In this document: positions 12,673 to 25,302 of the stretch, in pieces | How the letters are laid out: each line of letters begins with the position of its first letter | Position numbering within the stretch: the stretch's first letter is position 1 | DNA from: Phoronis australis | Taxonomy: Eukaryota > Animalia > Phoronida | Length of the DNA stretch: 64,000 nucleotides | Direction of reading: 5' to 3' | NCBI GenBank assembly: GCA_002633005.1 | Contig: NMRA01000194.1 | Coordinates: forward strand, 561,074 to 625,073 | Notes under the pieces: generated by a model | Databases searched by the model: none | Seen by the model: only the letters and a program-made list of their open reading frames with translations | What the model was told of the DNA's origin: nothing | Position numbers and translations under genes: made by a program

Positions 12673-14319
12673 GTAAGCTCTGCATCTTTTAGTTAATGGT
12701 TTATATCAGTTACGTGGCCACATGAGATTTTGTCTCAAGAAAAATGGTAGCCATGTTGGGAACTATACGAGGTTAGCGTTACTCATGCAACCGTCCGTTT
12801 TAAAGGTCTTTGAAGGCATTTTTGGTCAATATGGCATATTTTCTCTCTGAAATATATTTTGAAATTTCTGTTCGAGGTTTACCAAAACGACATTAGAATT
12901 CTTCAAACCGTAACTGTGGCGGGCGCTATGACCAAGTCACACATTGCAAACGCTGTGTCTAACCAGCTCAATCGCTGTGGTACATGTGTTACTTGTTTCT
13001 GGTGTCATTGTTCGAGTTAAAGGTATTCTGTTCTGTAACGGTGCTGTGAAGCAATACAGATAACTCGGACCTCTTGCCGTAGTTGGAATTTCTTCGCTGC
13101 TTCACCAATTCCGTTGATGCTATTGCTATTGACTTTACTTTACAGAGGGCAACTGGAATGGTTCAAAATACTGATAGGCAGAATGAGTGTCAAAAAATAC
13201 AGCACACATCACAAATTTCTGTCCGACCGGTCACCTAGGAGTTGACCACCGATCGTGGACCGGTTGGCTATTTTGCCGACCCTGCCGAAAGGCAATCTGC
13301 CGACCCGGTGGTCAACTGCTACACTTAGGTTAGACTATTAGTTGCGTGGTAGATTGTCAGGTCAATGGCACGTTACGTGCGGATGCCTGTTCGTCTCGGC
13401 ACGTTGTCAAATAAATTAACCTAGTTTTAATGTGTCAATGTTGCATGAGTTCACTTCGCTTGAACAGCGGTTGAAGGCGAGCCGTAATATTGAACATTGG
13501 GTCAACGGACAAAGCAACCAATTTTGAATGTCTTCATTGATATCAGTGGCGCAGCATTGGAATAAGTGAGGGGGTCTATAGCCCCTCAGTCTTCCTATGG
13601 TGTGCTCCCCATGATTGATCTTTTGATTCGTGACAATAACGAGTTCCTTTAAATTGGCTACTTAACGGTCAATATATCGTCGTAATTTGAAGACGCAGCT
13701 ATTTTTGATGAAGTCTCGATCGTCCAAACATCTATTGTGTTTGTGTATATGCGGAACAGCAACTTCTTCTTTGTGTTTTTAAAGTTCTACAATGAGTTCC
13801 TATCTCGCGTCTGCAATGACGTGGTATGAAAGAAGAAAAATCACTCATGGGTACTTTCGGAGATTAAAAACGACTGGTGATGCTTAACAGCGCAGGATTT
13901 GGCCATTTTAGCTTGACAAAAACACCTTGCAAATGACGGTGCCAAACATAAACGAGTAGGGGTTGATATATAACCTTCAGCCAGTGTTTTGCAATTTCCA
14001 GTCACTACGCAAAAGTACACTTCTGTCGCCTTCCTAAAACCCCAAAAAACCTTGACCTCCACACCCCACGACCTTCTCGACCCACTACCCACGATCCCTC
14101 GACCCACAACCCAAAACCCCTTTCGCTCAGTCTACACAAGCTCGATTCGAGGCTGACTTACAGGACCAACGAGTCGGGCCGTGAGCTCGGATGACTTTTT
14201 CCTGTTTTTGCAATTAAGAAAATCGAGTCGGCAAGTTTGAAAGCGAAAAACAGTAAAAACGAGACGAAATCAAATAAATGAAAGACCTACCAAAGTAACA
14301 AATGTGTAATCTTCTCGTC

Positions 14320-15365
14320 TGCTCTTCAGTGAATGGCAGATTGAAGCTGTTTGGGGAGAGTGCGAGGAGCCAACGAATATGAAATTTCTTCACTCAATAC
14401 AGCTTGAAGAAAAACAATGTATCTCAGCGTTATATGGAGTATATTGTAAACGAAAGCAAATAATATATGTATGAAATTATCCCCATTCACATTAACGAAC
14501 TCTCTCCTTAAAAGTTTAGTATAACTGGGCCATTGTTAGCCGCTCGTGAACTATTTCTGTGACAAAGATAGCACGTTCCCAATTCGCTATTTCAGGTCAT
14601 GCTCTTACGCAACTTTCTGTTTTTAACCAACAGACTTGAGCCAAATAAGTCTTATGGGAATGTCATTCAGTGATGTAATGAAAATGTGTAAAAAGCGCAA
14701 AGATACATCTATTGCCACAGGTCGTGGGTCGAAAGAGTCAAGGGCCGTGAAGGTTGTCTGTCGAGGGGGTCGTGGTGTTTGGGGGTCGAGGGATTTTTAG
14801 AACAATCCCCAAAATACTTCTGTTGTGGGATTGTTCTAAAACTTCCTCGACCCAAAGACCGGTCGACCTCCTCTACCCACAACCCCCTTGACCCAATAGA
14901 GGTGTCATTGCGCTTTTTATAAATTTCATAATCTTATTACGTCGCTGAATGACTTTCCCAAAAGATATACCATAGACTATGGACATACCTACACGCAAGT
15001 CTCCCCTGGCTCAAGTCTGGTGATTAAAAAGAGAAAGTGACGTAAGAACGTGATCTGAAATAACGCATTGTGAGCGGGCTATCGTTCAGTTGTCACTGAA
15101 ATAGTTCCACCGCGAGCGACTACCAGTGTCCCAGTTCTACAAAATTTAGGGAGAGAGTACATTAACGTGAATGTTCATAATTTCACATATTTAGTATTTG
15201 CTTTGTGTTGTATACTCGCCGTTTTCAATATACTTCACATAACGTTGATATACTTTTTAGTTAACACTTGGTTTTTTCAAACTGTATTTTCTGCTGAAAT
15301 TACAGTTTTGTCTGTTCCTCGCACTCTCCGCAACAAAGGTCAATCCTCTATTGTGCCCCACTGGA
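14320..15365. repeat. ~1-kb diverged inverted repeat (foldback element) centred near 14820
   Basis: Collinear reverse-complement matches: GGAGAGTGCGAGG/CCTCGCACTCTCC, CAGACTTGAGCCA/TGGCTCAAGTCTG, AAAAAGCGCAA/TTGCGCTTTTT and the central TTTTAGAACAATCCC/GGGATTGTTCTAAAA. Confidence 0.85.
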
Positions 15366-15400
15366 AAAGACCTATCAGTTTCCGAAAATGCCCCCGATTT

Positions 15401-15760
15401 CATAGGCGGATTTGGGGGGGTTCAGGGCCCCCCCCCCTTGGCTGCCGCAAAAAAAATAAAACAGCAAAAGCGTAGGGAAATGTTGAGTTTATTAATTAAC
15501 CCCGGTAATTAAAATGATAGGGATGAAACAAGATTTAAATNCTGTTTGACACGTTCTCGTGTTTTTCTTTTTGCCTTTTTTCTTGGATAATACTTCAGGA
15601 ATCAAGGAAAATGCTTGATATTTGGAGGAAAAAACAGAAAATTTTCCTGGGCGACCTCCCCCCATTCAGTACTATACTCATCTTTAATCATGGTTTGCGC
15701 AAATGCTTACAGCCGGACATAATGTTGGGCCCCCCTTGTGATATCCTAGATCCGCCACTG
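15401..15760. mobile_element. MITE with CA(G/T)xGGCGGAT termini and G/C-run subtermini
   Basis: CATAGGCGGATTT...AGATCCGCCACTG, flanked by the direct repeat GATTT. Contains an N at 15541. Confidence 0.7.
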
Positions 15761-16354
15761 GATTTATAAAAACGCCCTGCGTGTGATCTTTTTATCGAAA
15801 ATCCACGGCACATGATGCGCTGTACTACCGTGACGCTAGTTTCTTGTCATGTTCACAAATTTGAAGATCTGTAACTGCGTATAAAAAGTTATACCTTCAC
15901 GTTTTGACACGAATGCGGTGAATACGGCGTTCTAATTAAAAAATTCACTCTCGAGGAGCTTCTACTTATGCATTTAGGGCCTCCATTGTGCATGTACGTG
16001 TGGACAGAAAGCCATTCTTCGTAAAATTTTACATGTTCGTTTTCAAAAGTTTCCAAAATCGTTTGGCCAGGACCTAACCATAAATCAAACGTTATGAACT
16101 ACAAAGCATGTCTTCAAATTTAGATTAATGAAGTTCACGGCATGCCACTTGTGTATGCAGAGCATGTTTGTTTACAACAGAGTAAGAAACATGTATTTAT
16201 CTCATAAAAATTCTTTACACTGCATTGAGAAAAATAATATAATGTTTCAAGCATTTATTTTCTTTGGAAAGAACGGAAACCACAACATTATTTCCTTTGA
16301 AGTCCACTTGATCAAAACAAAATAAAAATGAAACATATTTGGAGAAGACTTGCG

Positions 16355-16495
16355 GTTTCTTCGGCGTAGTGTCCCTTTCGGAGTAGTGGGGTTTCGGAGT
16401 AGCCGTTTTTGGAATGAGCCTTCGGAGTAGCTTTTTGGAGTAGATGGCCTTTGAAACAGTGTTTTTTTCAAGTAATGAGCGTTCGGCGTAGTGGT
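16355..16495 (+). repeat. Degenerate short tandem array (TTCGGAGTAG core), probably a MITE subterminus
   Basis: Several TTCGG(A/C)GTAG units. An inverted unit (CCGTTACTCCGAAG) lies at ~17320. Confidence 0.55.
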
Positions 16496-18403
16496 CTGTA
16501 ACCCGTGGCAGGTAATCTCCGAGTTTTCCCTTAGAACGTTCCTACATGTAGATGTTGAGACACGTTTTGCCCATTGTTCAGTGGAGATGGGTTTGCAAAA
16601 TGTGGGCAAATTTTATCCGCCTATTCACTAAGAGTTGGGTTGTTTTTCGAAGTGTCATTTTTTGTAGATGCTTGGTGTAAATTGCTCAGAGCGGTATTAC
16701 TTGCATGTATGCCTTATTATGCAATTTAGCAGTATTGTAAAGGAATTGTCATGTACCACAAGCATTTGTATATTTATAATTCCAATTGCCAGATAAGCGT
16801 TGACTGTGCAGTTAATAGTCGTACATTTGCTATTGTTAAAAAGTTGTCGAATCATATGATGCTTTGATTAGTGCTTCCCAATTTGCCATCCCAATACCAA
16901 TTTTAGCTACTGGGGATCTGAATATTTCGCTCTCATGTATCCTACCTCATCTAATAGTAACAAAAAATTAAACAAACAGTAGAGAGACGATTTATAATAG
17001 AGGAATTAAGCCAAAGCAACAGATGTCAATCAACAACGCAAGAAGAAATTCGTACCGCTGTTAGAAGACATTGAGTAAAGCAATGTACTGTTGTCAAGAA
17101 ATTTGAAATTCACGCTGTCTTGAAACTTTTAAGTACCTCTGGCAACCAGTCACCCAATGACAAATTAAATTTGTTTTGAAACCTCTGTGGTAGAACTTAA
17201 CATTGCATGCATTTCTGATTGGCATGGCATTCTTTTTTGAATTGCTGCTTTATTTGAAAACCGTCGGTGAAAACGCAATGTGGATTTTTTTTGGGAGAGT
17301 GATTTGTTAAACCAAAGGGCCGTTACTCCGAAGATTTTATATTCAGAGTATTAAGTCCTCGCAGTAAGCAAATACGCGAAACTTGCAGTATTGTGTGCCT
17401 TCTCCCACGGGCTCAGAAAGCTGTAACATCGAAATCAAATGGTTACGATTTTATGAACTTGGAAACTGCCATCAAACACTGAATGATGCATCACCATTGA
17501 CTCTAAAACCAATCCTGCCTTTGCGCTTGCCGTTTCCACGCATGGGTGACGCTAAAATCAGCAGTAGTGATCAACTGGTTGTTGATGTTGTTCCCAAATT
17601 ATACTTTTTCTATCAAAAGTTCAGTTGCAAATTATACAAAATAACACAATCTTCAATGGGAAAATGCGATGGTAATCAAAGCGATGGCTATAAAAGAGTA
17701 CTATTTGGAGCTTTTCTTTGAGCATTTCCCGGCTTTAAAACGCCTTCAGTAGTAATACGTCCAATGTTGTTTTTTAATGTTTATACAATTTCACTGTAAC
17801 TTTTCAACCTTTCTTCGTTGTTGTACGTAAAAAACTTCTCATAGCCAGAGTTCGAAATTATATTTGCTCTAGAATATTTAACTTTGAATTTACTACGCCG
17901 TTGGTAATTCCACGAGGAATATTTACATTGTTCTCATTCCACGCAATTTATAGGTTCATTCAGTTTTACTATGTTATGTAGGTTCACTAGAGTGGCTACT
18001 GGAGAACGAACAGGAAACAGTTTAATGCACTGTTTGACCAAAATTCATCCGCTAAGTCATTGTATTTGTAATTATTGACTGAGGATGAACATTATCCGAA
18101 TCAGTCGTCTAAGCTCGGTGACCAGTTTGTCGACCCAACTGCCGACCGTCGAGGCGACTCAGCTGTCGACTCCTAGCATACCGTGCTGGTTGGTTACTGG
18201 TCGGCTAGACGATCAGTCAACGACCATGATCGATTTCCGACCTGTCGGACAAACCTTTAAGAGAGCATGCTTTGATTCTTCCGTTTGATGTATTTGAGGC
18301 AGTCTCCATGGTGTTTTGTTGAGAGATGGAGAGGGAGAGAAGTAGCGCGAAGTTTTTGGTCATTTGCTTTTACTTTTACATGTACGCTGTTATCACATTT
18401 TAG

Positions 18404-18489
18404 GTTCTATTCTCTCGTCAAATCAGTCGTTTTATTTCGGTTACAACGACTTCCAGTCCGGGGAGACGTTTCAAGGCTATATCGACGAA
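18404..18489 (+). CDS. Internal exon C of the LamG-like domain protein
   Basis: ttttag|GT completes G+GT=Gly from exon B. Reads SILSSNQSFYFGYNDFQSGETFQGYIDE, with donor gtgagt. FxGxIDE is the canonical C-terminal motif of the fold. Confidence 0.9.
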
Positions 18490-20059
18490 GTGAGTGAAAA
18501 TTACTCGTTTTGAGACACGTAAGCGTTAATTATAATTGAACTGTATGGACGTAAATGGAACGCTTGCTGCTGTTCACAAAGTGGGTCCTAACTTTGACGG
18601 TTTTTGAGGTTTGGTTACTCAACATTTTATTTCCGAGAAATAGAATTAGTGTAAAACGTATGCAAACAATTTCTTCTTGCATTTATTACCCCCTATCTTT
18701 GTGTGTTGAATAGTTATGAAAAAATATTAAGAAAAACGTTGGACTCAAACACGTGGGACTTGGACTCCTTCCTAAACTTAATCCGAGATGCTACCTAGCT
18801 GCTTTCCCTCGACACTACGATATACAATAGAGTATTTAGCCTATGGTTATACTCACTACGTGAGTGCTCTGCGAATGAACGTACCCAAGAATCTCGCCAC
18901 GCAAATCTTCGCGAGATATCTCCGTGCAAGACAAGCGAGGCACATGATCACAATAGTTTGTCTCTCGAATGTTTTTGCTCTACGGAACGCAGCTCCGGTC
19001 GGAGCAACCTGTGTTCCACGCTTTTCAGTTTTTACCAACTGCTCTTAATGGCTGAGCCTGAGACTCCCGCAGATGTTTAGTTCTAACCCTGTGGATAACA
19101 CTTTGACTTTGACTTGAGCAATGATGCCAGAGGCAGAGAATAAAACTAATTCAACAATGATGCAGCCAGAGAGACAGTGTTTATATTTGTTAATATTTTC
19201 TATTAAATTCTTCAAAAAAGATTCGACACACTATTCAAAATATGCAAAGCTGAACATACGCCTTAAAAATCATCGTTACATTTTAAATAACCAAATGAAA
19301 TAGACAGAAAAGAAAGGAAACGATCATTCTACAATCGCGTTCCCCCTGTTTTACACTTTGAATAACACTTCTTACGAGTTAGTCTTTTATTGACCTCTGG
19401 AAACTTCCGTAAAAATAATTCAAAAAATTTCCCGGCAATCATGATCGTGTTAAAGAAAATTGCCAATGCTGTCCAAAATGTTGTCAAAAGATAATTTGTT
19501 TTTTAAAAGATTTCATAAATAAAGGTTTATTGTCTTATTGTTGAACAAAATGTTCATAGAAATCATAGTGCATTCATCTATTTTATGTCGGCCCATTGAG
19601 GAAAATATTCAAGGAAAAATATTTTATCCTTTACATGTGTTTATCGAGAAAGAACACATTGTGTGTGAGGCTTTAGATTTTGCAAAATCTGCATTAGGAA
19701 TTAAAAGGGACAATAGAGGTCGCAATTTAATTCTCTGCAGGGGGAAGTAAATCTCAATTGATGAATGGCAAATTATACAAGCGGCCATGATTTTAACCAC
19801 TTCTGACAGAAAGTGGCAAGAATCTGTGATCTGTAATAAAATCACAAAAACACAACGGATTTTGTTGATATAATATATCTCTGGTCAAAGTTAATAACTA
19901 CTACAACCCCAAAATGTCCCTTTAAGCCTCCTTGAATTCTGAAGAAAAATGTCTCCCAATTGAAAAGTGCTTCGTTGGAAAGACAACAATGTCTGGGAGT
20001 GTGTATCCAGATTTACAACTAATGTTTCTATTGAGATGGGACATTTATATGTAATTCAG

Positions 20060-20456
20060 GGCCCTATCTTTTTACTTGAAATGGAACTCAAAATTATGTT
20101 TGACATTAATTACTCTACTTTTGCACGAACTCAAGATAATTGTCTATTGTTCTATGCTCGAGTACATAATGACTTACGTGGATAATGTTTTAGTCCCAAT
20201 TTGCAGTTGACAAACCCAACGTTATTGCTAAACGTTCGAGTTTGAACTCGAAATTTCGAGTTCTTACAGCAGTTTGTAGCACGAATATAAGGGTTTTCAA
20301 GTGTAAACTTGGACTAGAACCTCGTATCCATAAACTATAATGTATTCGAGCGCACTCTGATAACCCATTATCTTAAGTTCGCATAAAATTAGCAGAAAAA
20401 AAATGCCAAAAATAATTTCGAGTTCGTTTCGAGTACAAATATGAGAGACCTGGCCC
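20060..20456. mobile_element. MITE with GGGCC termini and internal TTCGAG repeats
   Basis: The left end GGGCCC...TACTTGAAATGGAACTCAAAATTAT pairs with the right end ATAATTTCGAGTTCGTTTCGAGTA...TGGCCC. Confidence 0.6.
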
Positions 20457-21246
20457 AAGTGCGATTCTTGCTCAGCATTGTGTTTGTCAAAATAAACGTG
20501 TTATAACAAAAGGTGAGTTTGAAATCTGTCTATTTTGGGAGATTGTGCTATGAAAGGGACAGAACCTAGTTGACAGGGATATTTTCGTTTTTACTGCGGA
20601 AAAGCAAAACGCATTTTTGACATTATTTGCTAGATGCGTAACCTTTTTGAATTGATTAGGTTTGGCTAGAGATATTAAACAATGCTTGCCGTTGTGTTTT
20701 TGTGATTTCATTGGAAAACGCCAATTCTTGCCGATGCCTGCCTGAAATTCGCGGAAATCACAGTCGGCTCTTTACCGCTTAAAAATACTCTCATTTATCA
20801 ATTCTCACCGATGTCTGCCTGACATTCGCCGAAATGACGGCCATTTATCCAATGCGTTATAACTAGTCTGCAAAGCGTTTGGCCGAAAGCATGAACGTAT
20901 CCGAGGCGAATTCGCGCTGGGACTCATTTAAAAAACTCACTGTATCGTATATGATTTCAGTTTAAAGTTTCATGTTTTGCCGCCTCGTAATCACGCACAA
21001 TCTTAATTTAACATTTTAACCTAGGAAGCAGTCTTACTGACTTTCTTCTTTGACGCTTTTAATGACTGAGGTGATTCTTAAATTGTAACATTTCTAAAAA
21101 TCGGATTTTTACACCGTCTTGAGCGAAAACTTGTAATCAATCACGACCAAGCATGCTGAAATTTGCTCTCAACTCTCTGAAATTTGTTACACTCCATTAC
21201 AGTTTTAAGTCTTTTTGATGTTATAAACTTTTTAATGTTGAAATGT

Positions 21247-21904
21247 CATTTATTTTAAGTTAAAACTTGAGAATTTTAATTTCGAATCAGTATTTTTGTA
21301 CTCCGCTTATTTATTTTGTGGAAATTTCAGCAACGGCTTGATCGTAGAGTTTATTATTCACTTTCAGGTACGTATTAATGAGAGAGCATTGGACGAGCAG
21401 GATGTCGGATGGTTGTTGAGTCAGGGAGAAAACAGAATCTGATAACCACACGCGAAATTTTGCTTGAACAGCGAAACAATTTGATGGAATTCGCAATTCA
21501 CTGGGTAGCGCTTCTGAAGCACCATCAATGAATGCACTCTGGAAGTCCTAATCTCACGAACCGTGCTGCTGGAAAACAATTCGTATTTTCAATTCGGATA
21601 CTAAAGCCAGAACGCTATGATCATCATTAACGCCACCTAGTGATCGTCGTCTCTCGCTTATTATGTATTTGTAAGCCAGCTTGATTCCAACATCGGCGAA
21701 AATTGGCAATGTTCAATAAAATCACAAAAAACAAAGTATATTGTTTTCGAATGTGTTCTTCACCTGTACATCGACACAGAGACTTTTGGGAATGCTTGAA
21801 TATGAAAGAGTACATAATTTCAAAAACAAGAAATGACTGTCAAAAACACACAATCACTCGAGTCTTTGCGAGATATTGCCAAGCATTACAAGCGAAACAC
21901 GGGA
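21247..21904 (+). repeat. Segment B copy 1 (near-identical to 25303-25974)
   Basis: Aligns over ~650 bp with scattered substitutions and small indels. Confidence 0.95.
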
Positions 21905-23499
21905 CCATACTATATTTACTTGCGAGTGTCTTGCGACTACGGAAAACGTCCTAGGTCCCCTCTTGGTCAAAGGCCCCATTAACATCAACTGATTTACAAC
22001 TTCAAAAAAGCGAGCTACAGCTACGCATTCCTCTTAGAATTGTCTTCGTGAACAATTTGCTCTAGGAAATCTGCATTTCAAATCATTTAAAGTCAACTTC
22101 TAAGCATGGTAAGGCTCCCGTTCTAAAGCTCGCGTTAACGCAAAAAACTAAATAATGAAGTCAAACTAACAAAAATGTCCTGGCCAGGGCTTCCAAAGGG
22201 TAAACCCGGCACCAGTAGTAAAATACATATTTTTGGCTTAACCTATCTCGTTTTCTGAGTATAAAATTAAATCAATTACTGGACTTACTGATTGATTATT
22301 CATCGCACTATCTCGTTTTCCTTCATTCTCTCATCAGCTTAGCCGCTGAAGCAGAGGATTAACTGCCCCTACCGTCTAATTCATCGTTGCCGTCAGTATA
22401 CTATCTATACTCGAATAATGTCGTGGGCATATCATTCATTATTGTTTTGCGTATCCATTGGTTGCGAAAAGGCAAATAGATGATCAATAGATGGCACTAC
22501 CACAATACTGTATGTGAAGTGTTATTCTGGTCCCCGGGGTAGATTACAATTCTGTCGTGGAAACCAGCGAATCTGGGGATCGTTATATGAAAGTCAGTGC
22601 TTACCTAAGACAGTAGTGAGCACGTTAATGCTAAGGCAACGCTGTGTTTTGTTCGGAAAGCAAACTTTTACAGCTGACGTAAAGTTGATAATTTTTTAAT
22701 CTGATATTCCAACTAAACGACCGCCTTTACCAGTCACAATGTGCAAATAGAAATTGAAATTGCCGACGTCTTTACTGAGACCAGATTTTCATATTTCATA
22801 GAACGAGTTCGTTCTGGTATCCGCAAAAACTTATATCGCCGTTAGATCCTGCAGCAACACTAACGTAATCGCCTGTTGTACCAACATTTCGCGAGATATT
22901 TACCTACGCTGTCTTATCGAGTTGCGTTAGTTGCTTCTCTCCTACGTTATGTGTACTGCTACAACCTTGGACATGTTTACTTCTGATCACGTAAATGTTA
23001 CTGTGCAAAACATACGATTGTTCATTCCAACAGCACCCATTCAGCAATAATCAATCTGACGGACTTTTTTAAGGATTTCTCAGTCAAGGCCCGCGTACTT
23101 ATAGGGAGAACCAGTGAAACAAAAATTGTCATAATTGGCGAATACGGAACTCTTTTAAAACCACAACTACCAAAAATACATTATAATTAAAAAAATCATA
23201 TTTTAGCAATGAGCTCATTTACTGACGTAAATAAGACACAAAAATTATTTGAGCATTTAACTGTTGGCACACTAACAACCTTATATCACATTTTACACGT
23301 TTATGGACTATGGAAAAATCGTTTGCATTTGAAAATCCACACGACTTACTAGCTCTCTGTATGCGGAATCACGAAATGTCCCAATAAAATTATTACGATT
23401 TGGCAACACTTTTAAGTGTTTAAAAAAACTTAATTTATCGAACAACTGGCTGATAGACAGTGGTGACAGCGTGACTGATAGACAACAGTGATAGTCTTC

Positions 23500-23835
23500 T
23501 CAGTATCGGGTTGACGAACCACAGCGACACTTTCTTTGCATGCTGTTTAGTAGCCTGGCGACGCGTTGTTGTGTGATGGCATTCCGCTCCTGTGTCAAGA
23601 AGTGCCTCAAATCAGCCGCAGTGGTTGGGTCGGTTCACTTGCGCAAGTACAGGGGTCTGAGTTGGTCCCACAGGTGTTCGATAGGGTTCAAGTCTCAGCT
23701 GCATGCAAGTCTTCATTTGCTGTAATCCCGCGTGGCGCAGATGGCGTGTCACAAGCCTGTCTCGGGGAGCGCGTTGTCATCTTGGAAGATGGGTTTCGGT
23801 CCCATGCGTTGAAAAGTAGGGATGGCCACAGAGCA
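23500..23835 (-). mobile_element. Tc1/mariner (Tc1-type) transposase C-terminal relic
   Basis: Minus strand IFQDDNA..., DLNPIEHLWDQL and RLLNSM..RC, with frameshifts and stops. Confidence 0.85.
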
Positions 23836-24690
23836 TATTAAAAAGTATTGACAAAATGAGGTAGTGTTGGAAAGGGCAATGATTGACCTTTCCACTGGTA
23901 TTTGGTATACAATTAACATGATATAAATTAGCCAAAAAATGAAAACACGGACGAGTGAGCACACATTTCCCCACTTTTGTTGAGTTGTTTATACTTGAAC
24001 ATGCTCTCAAGGACAAGTGCTTTGAGTCTCCCTCACTCCGTCCCTTCTAGTTAAGCTTCATGTCGACTTCCGTGGCCAAATTAGCATCTATTCAATTGCA
24101 AGATCAGACGACAACATGGTCCCGAATGAGTCATTTTGTTTTATGGCATTGTAACCTCGAACAAAACATTTGTAGACGTATAGATGAGCGTATTTGAGCT
24201 CTTGCTTCGGGGGAGTTTTACGATCAGCAGCTGGAAATATTTCAGACACTGTTTCTAGGTGAAGTTCCAATTCGAAACTCTATCGGTTTGTATAAAAAGA
24301 GTAATGATAGAAATTGTGTCGAAGCAGTGTAGTTAGACGAGGCTGCGTGATCGACTTTTTTGTGAAACTTCTATTTATGGACTTTGTCTTGTGTTTCTTC
24401 GTAGACTGCTATACTAATATACACCGCAACAAACAGAAATCGCCTACAGGTATTTCACTAGTGACAGGACTACCATACAGTTTCAGGGCGACTTTCAAAT
24501 CATCTACACTCTTCTGTCGGACCTTAACTGCTAGTTATGATCGAGTTATATCGGAATCCTGTGGTGCAATGGAGTAGTGCTGATCGTTGTGGCTGTGCTG
24601 GGTCAATCAACAGATGCCCATTCACATCTTTATCCTTTTAAAATGTGAACCACACTGTTTAGTGCATGCACCGCCCCAAGAACTTCTAGA

Positions 24691-25301
24691 AGGCCTGTAT
24701 CAGGCATGATGTACTCAATGCACCCAAGAAAGTTATTGCGGTATGAGATAATCCAAGCCATTAGTTAAAAACTACGGACTGTACATCACCACAAAGAATA
24801 TAAAACCGCTTCCTGCTCAATGTGATTCAGGGTTGGCCAATGTAACACTATGCCAAAGTTCACCGCAGAATGCGTTTAGTTTTTGTCAAATTTGTTTTTG
24901 AAACATCAAACGAATAAATGCATTCCATTAGCAATAATATTTATGTGAAATTCGTTATTAAAGCTAAGCTAAACACTTCCTTAAAAACAAATCAAGTGGA
25001 AAATATAATTATCTAACTTGGGTATAAAATCCGTAACTAGTTTCAAAGCAAACTGCACCGAGAAGTTATCCCAATCGCTTTGGTTACGGAATGCAAATTT
25101 TTTCTTGCACATAAACTAAATTTGTTCTAAGTGAATTGACGGGCATTTTGTCACCTATATTGGCCAGTTGCAACCTCCAGATGTTTTCAAGTCCGTCAGG
25201 TGTCACCTCTGTGAGCGCTTTTGCTTGTTGCTTGGTGAAATCAAATTTCTCAAAGTATCTTGCCTGCCCACCGAGTTCATTTCTCCAAGTATGTTCCTTT
25301 G
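24691..25301 (+). repeat. Segment A copy 1 (near-identical to ~25974-26584), ending at the N at 25302
   Basis: Direct alignment with very few differences. The duplicated spurious ORFs 25084-25305 and 26367-26591 reflect it. Confidence 0.95.
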
Positions 25302-25302
25302 N

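Noticed and set aside
16355-16495. CRISPR-like short repeats
   Set aside because: The units are degenerate with no unique spacers of constant length, there are no cas genes, and the context is eukaryotic.
24259-24336. Candidate final LamG exon (tag|VKFQFETLS...)
   Set aside because: Poor match to the expected V-x-I-Y-x-x-A-L strand, and it lies in the segment absent from the other haplotype.
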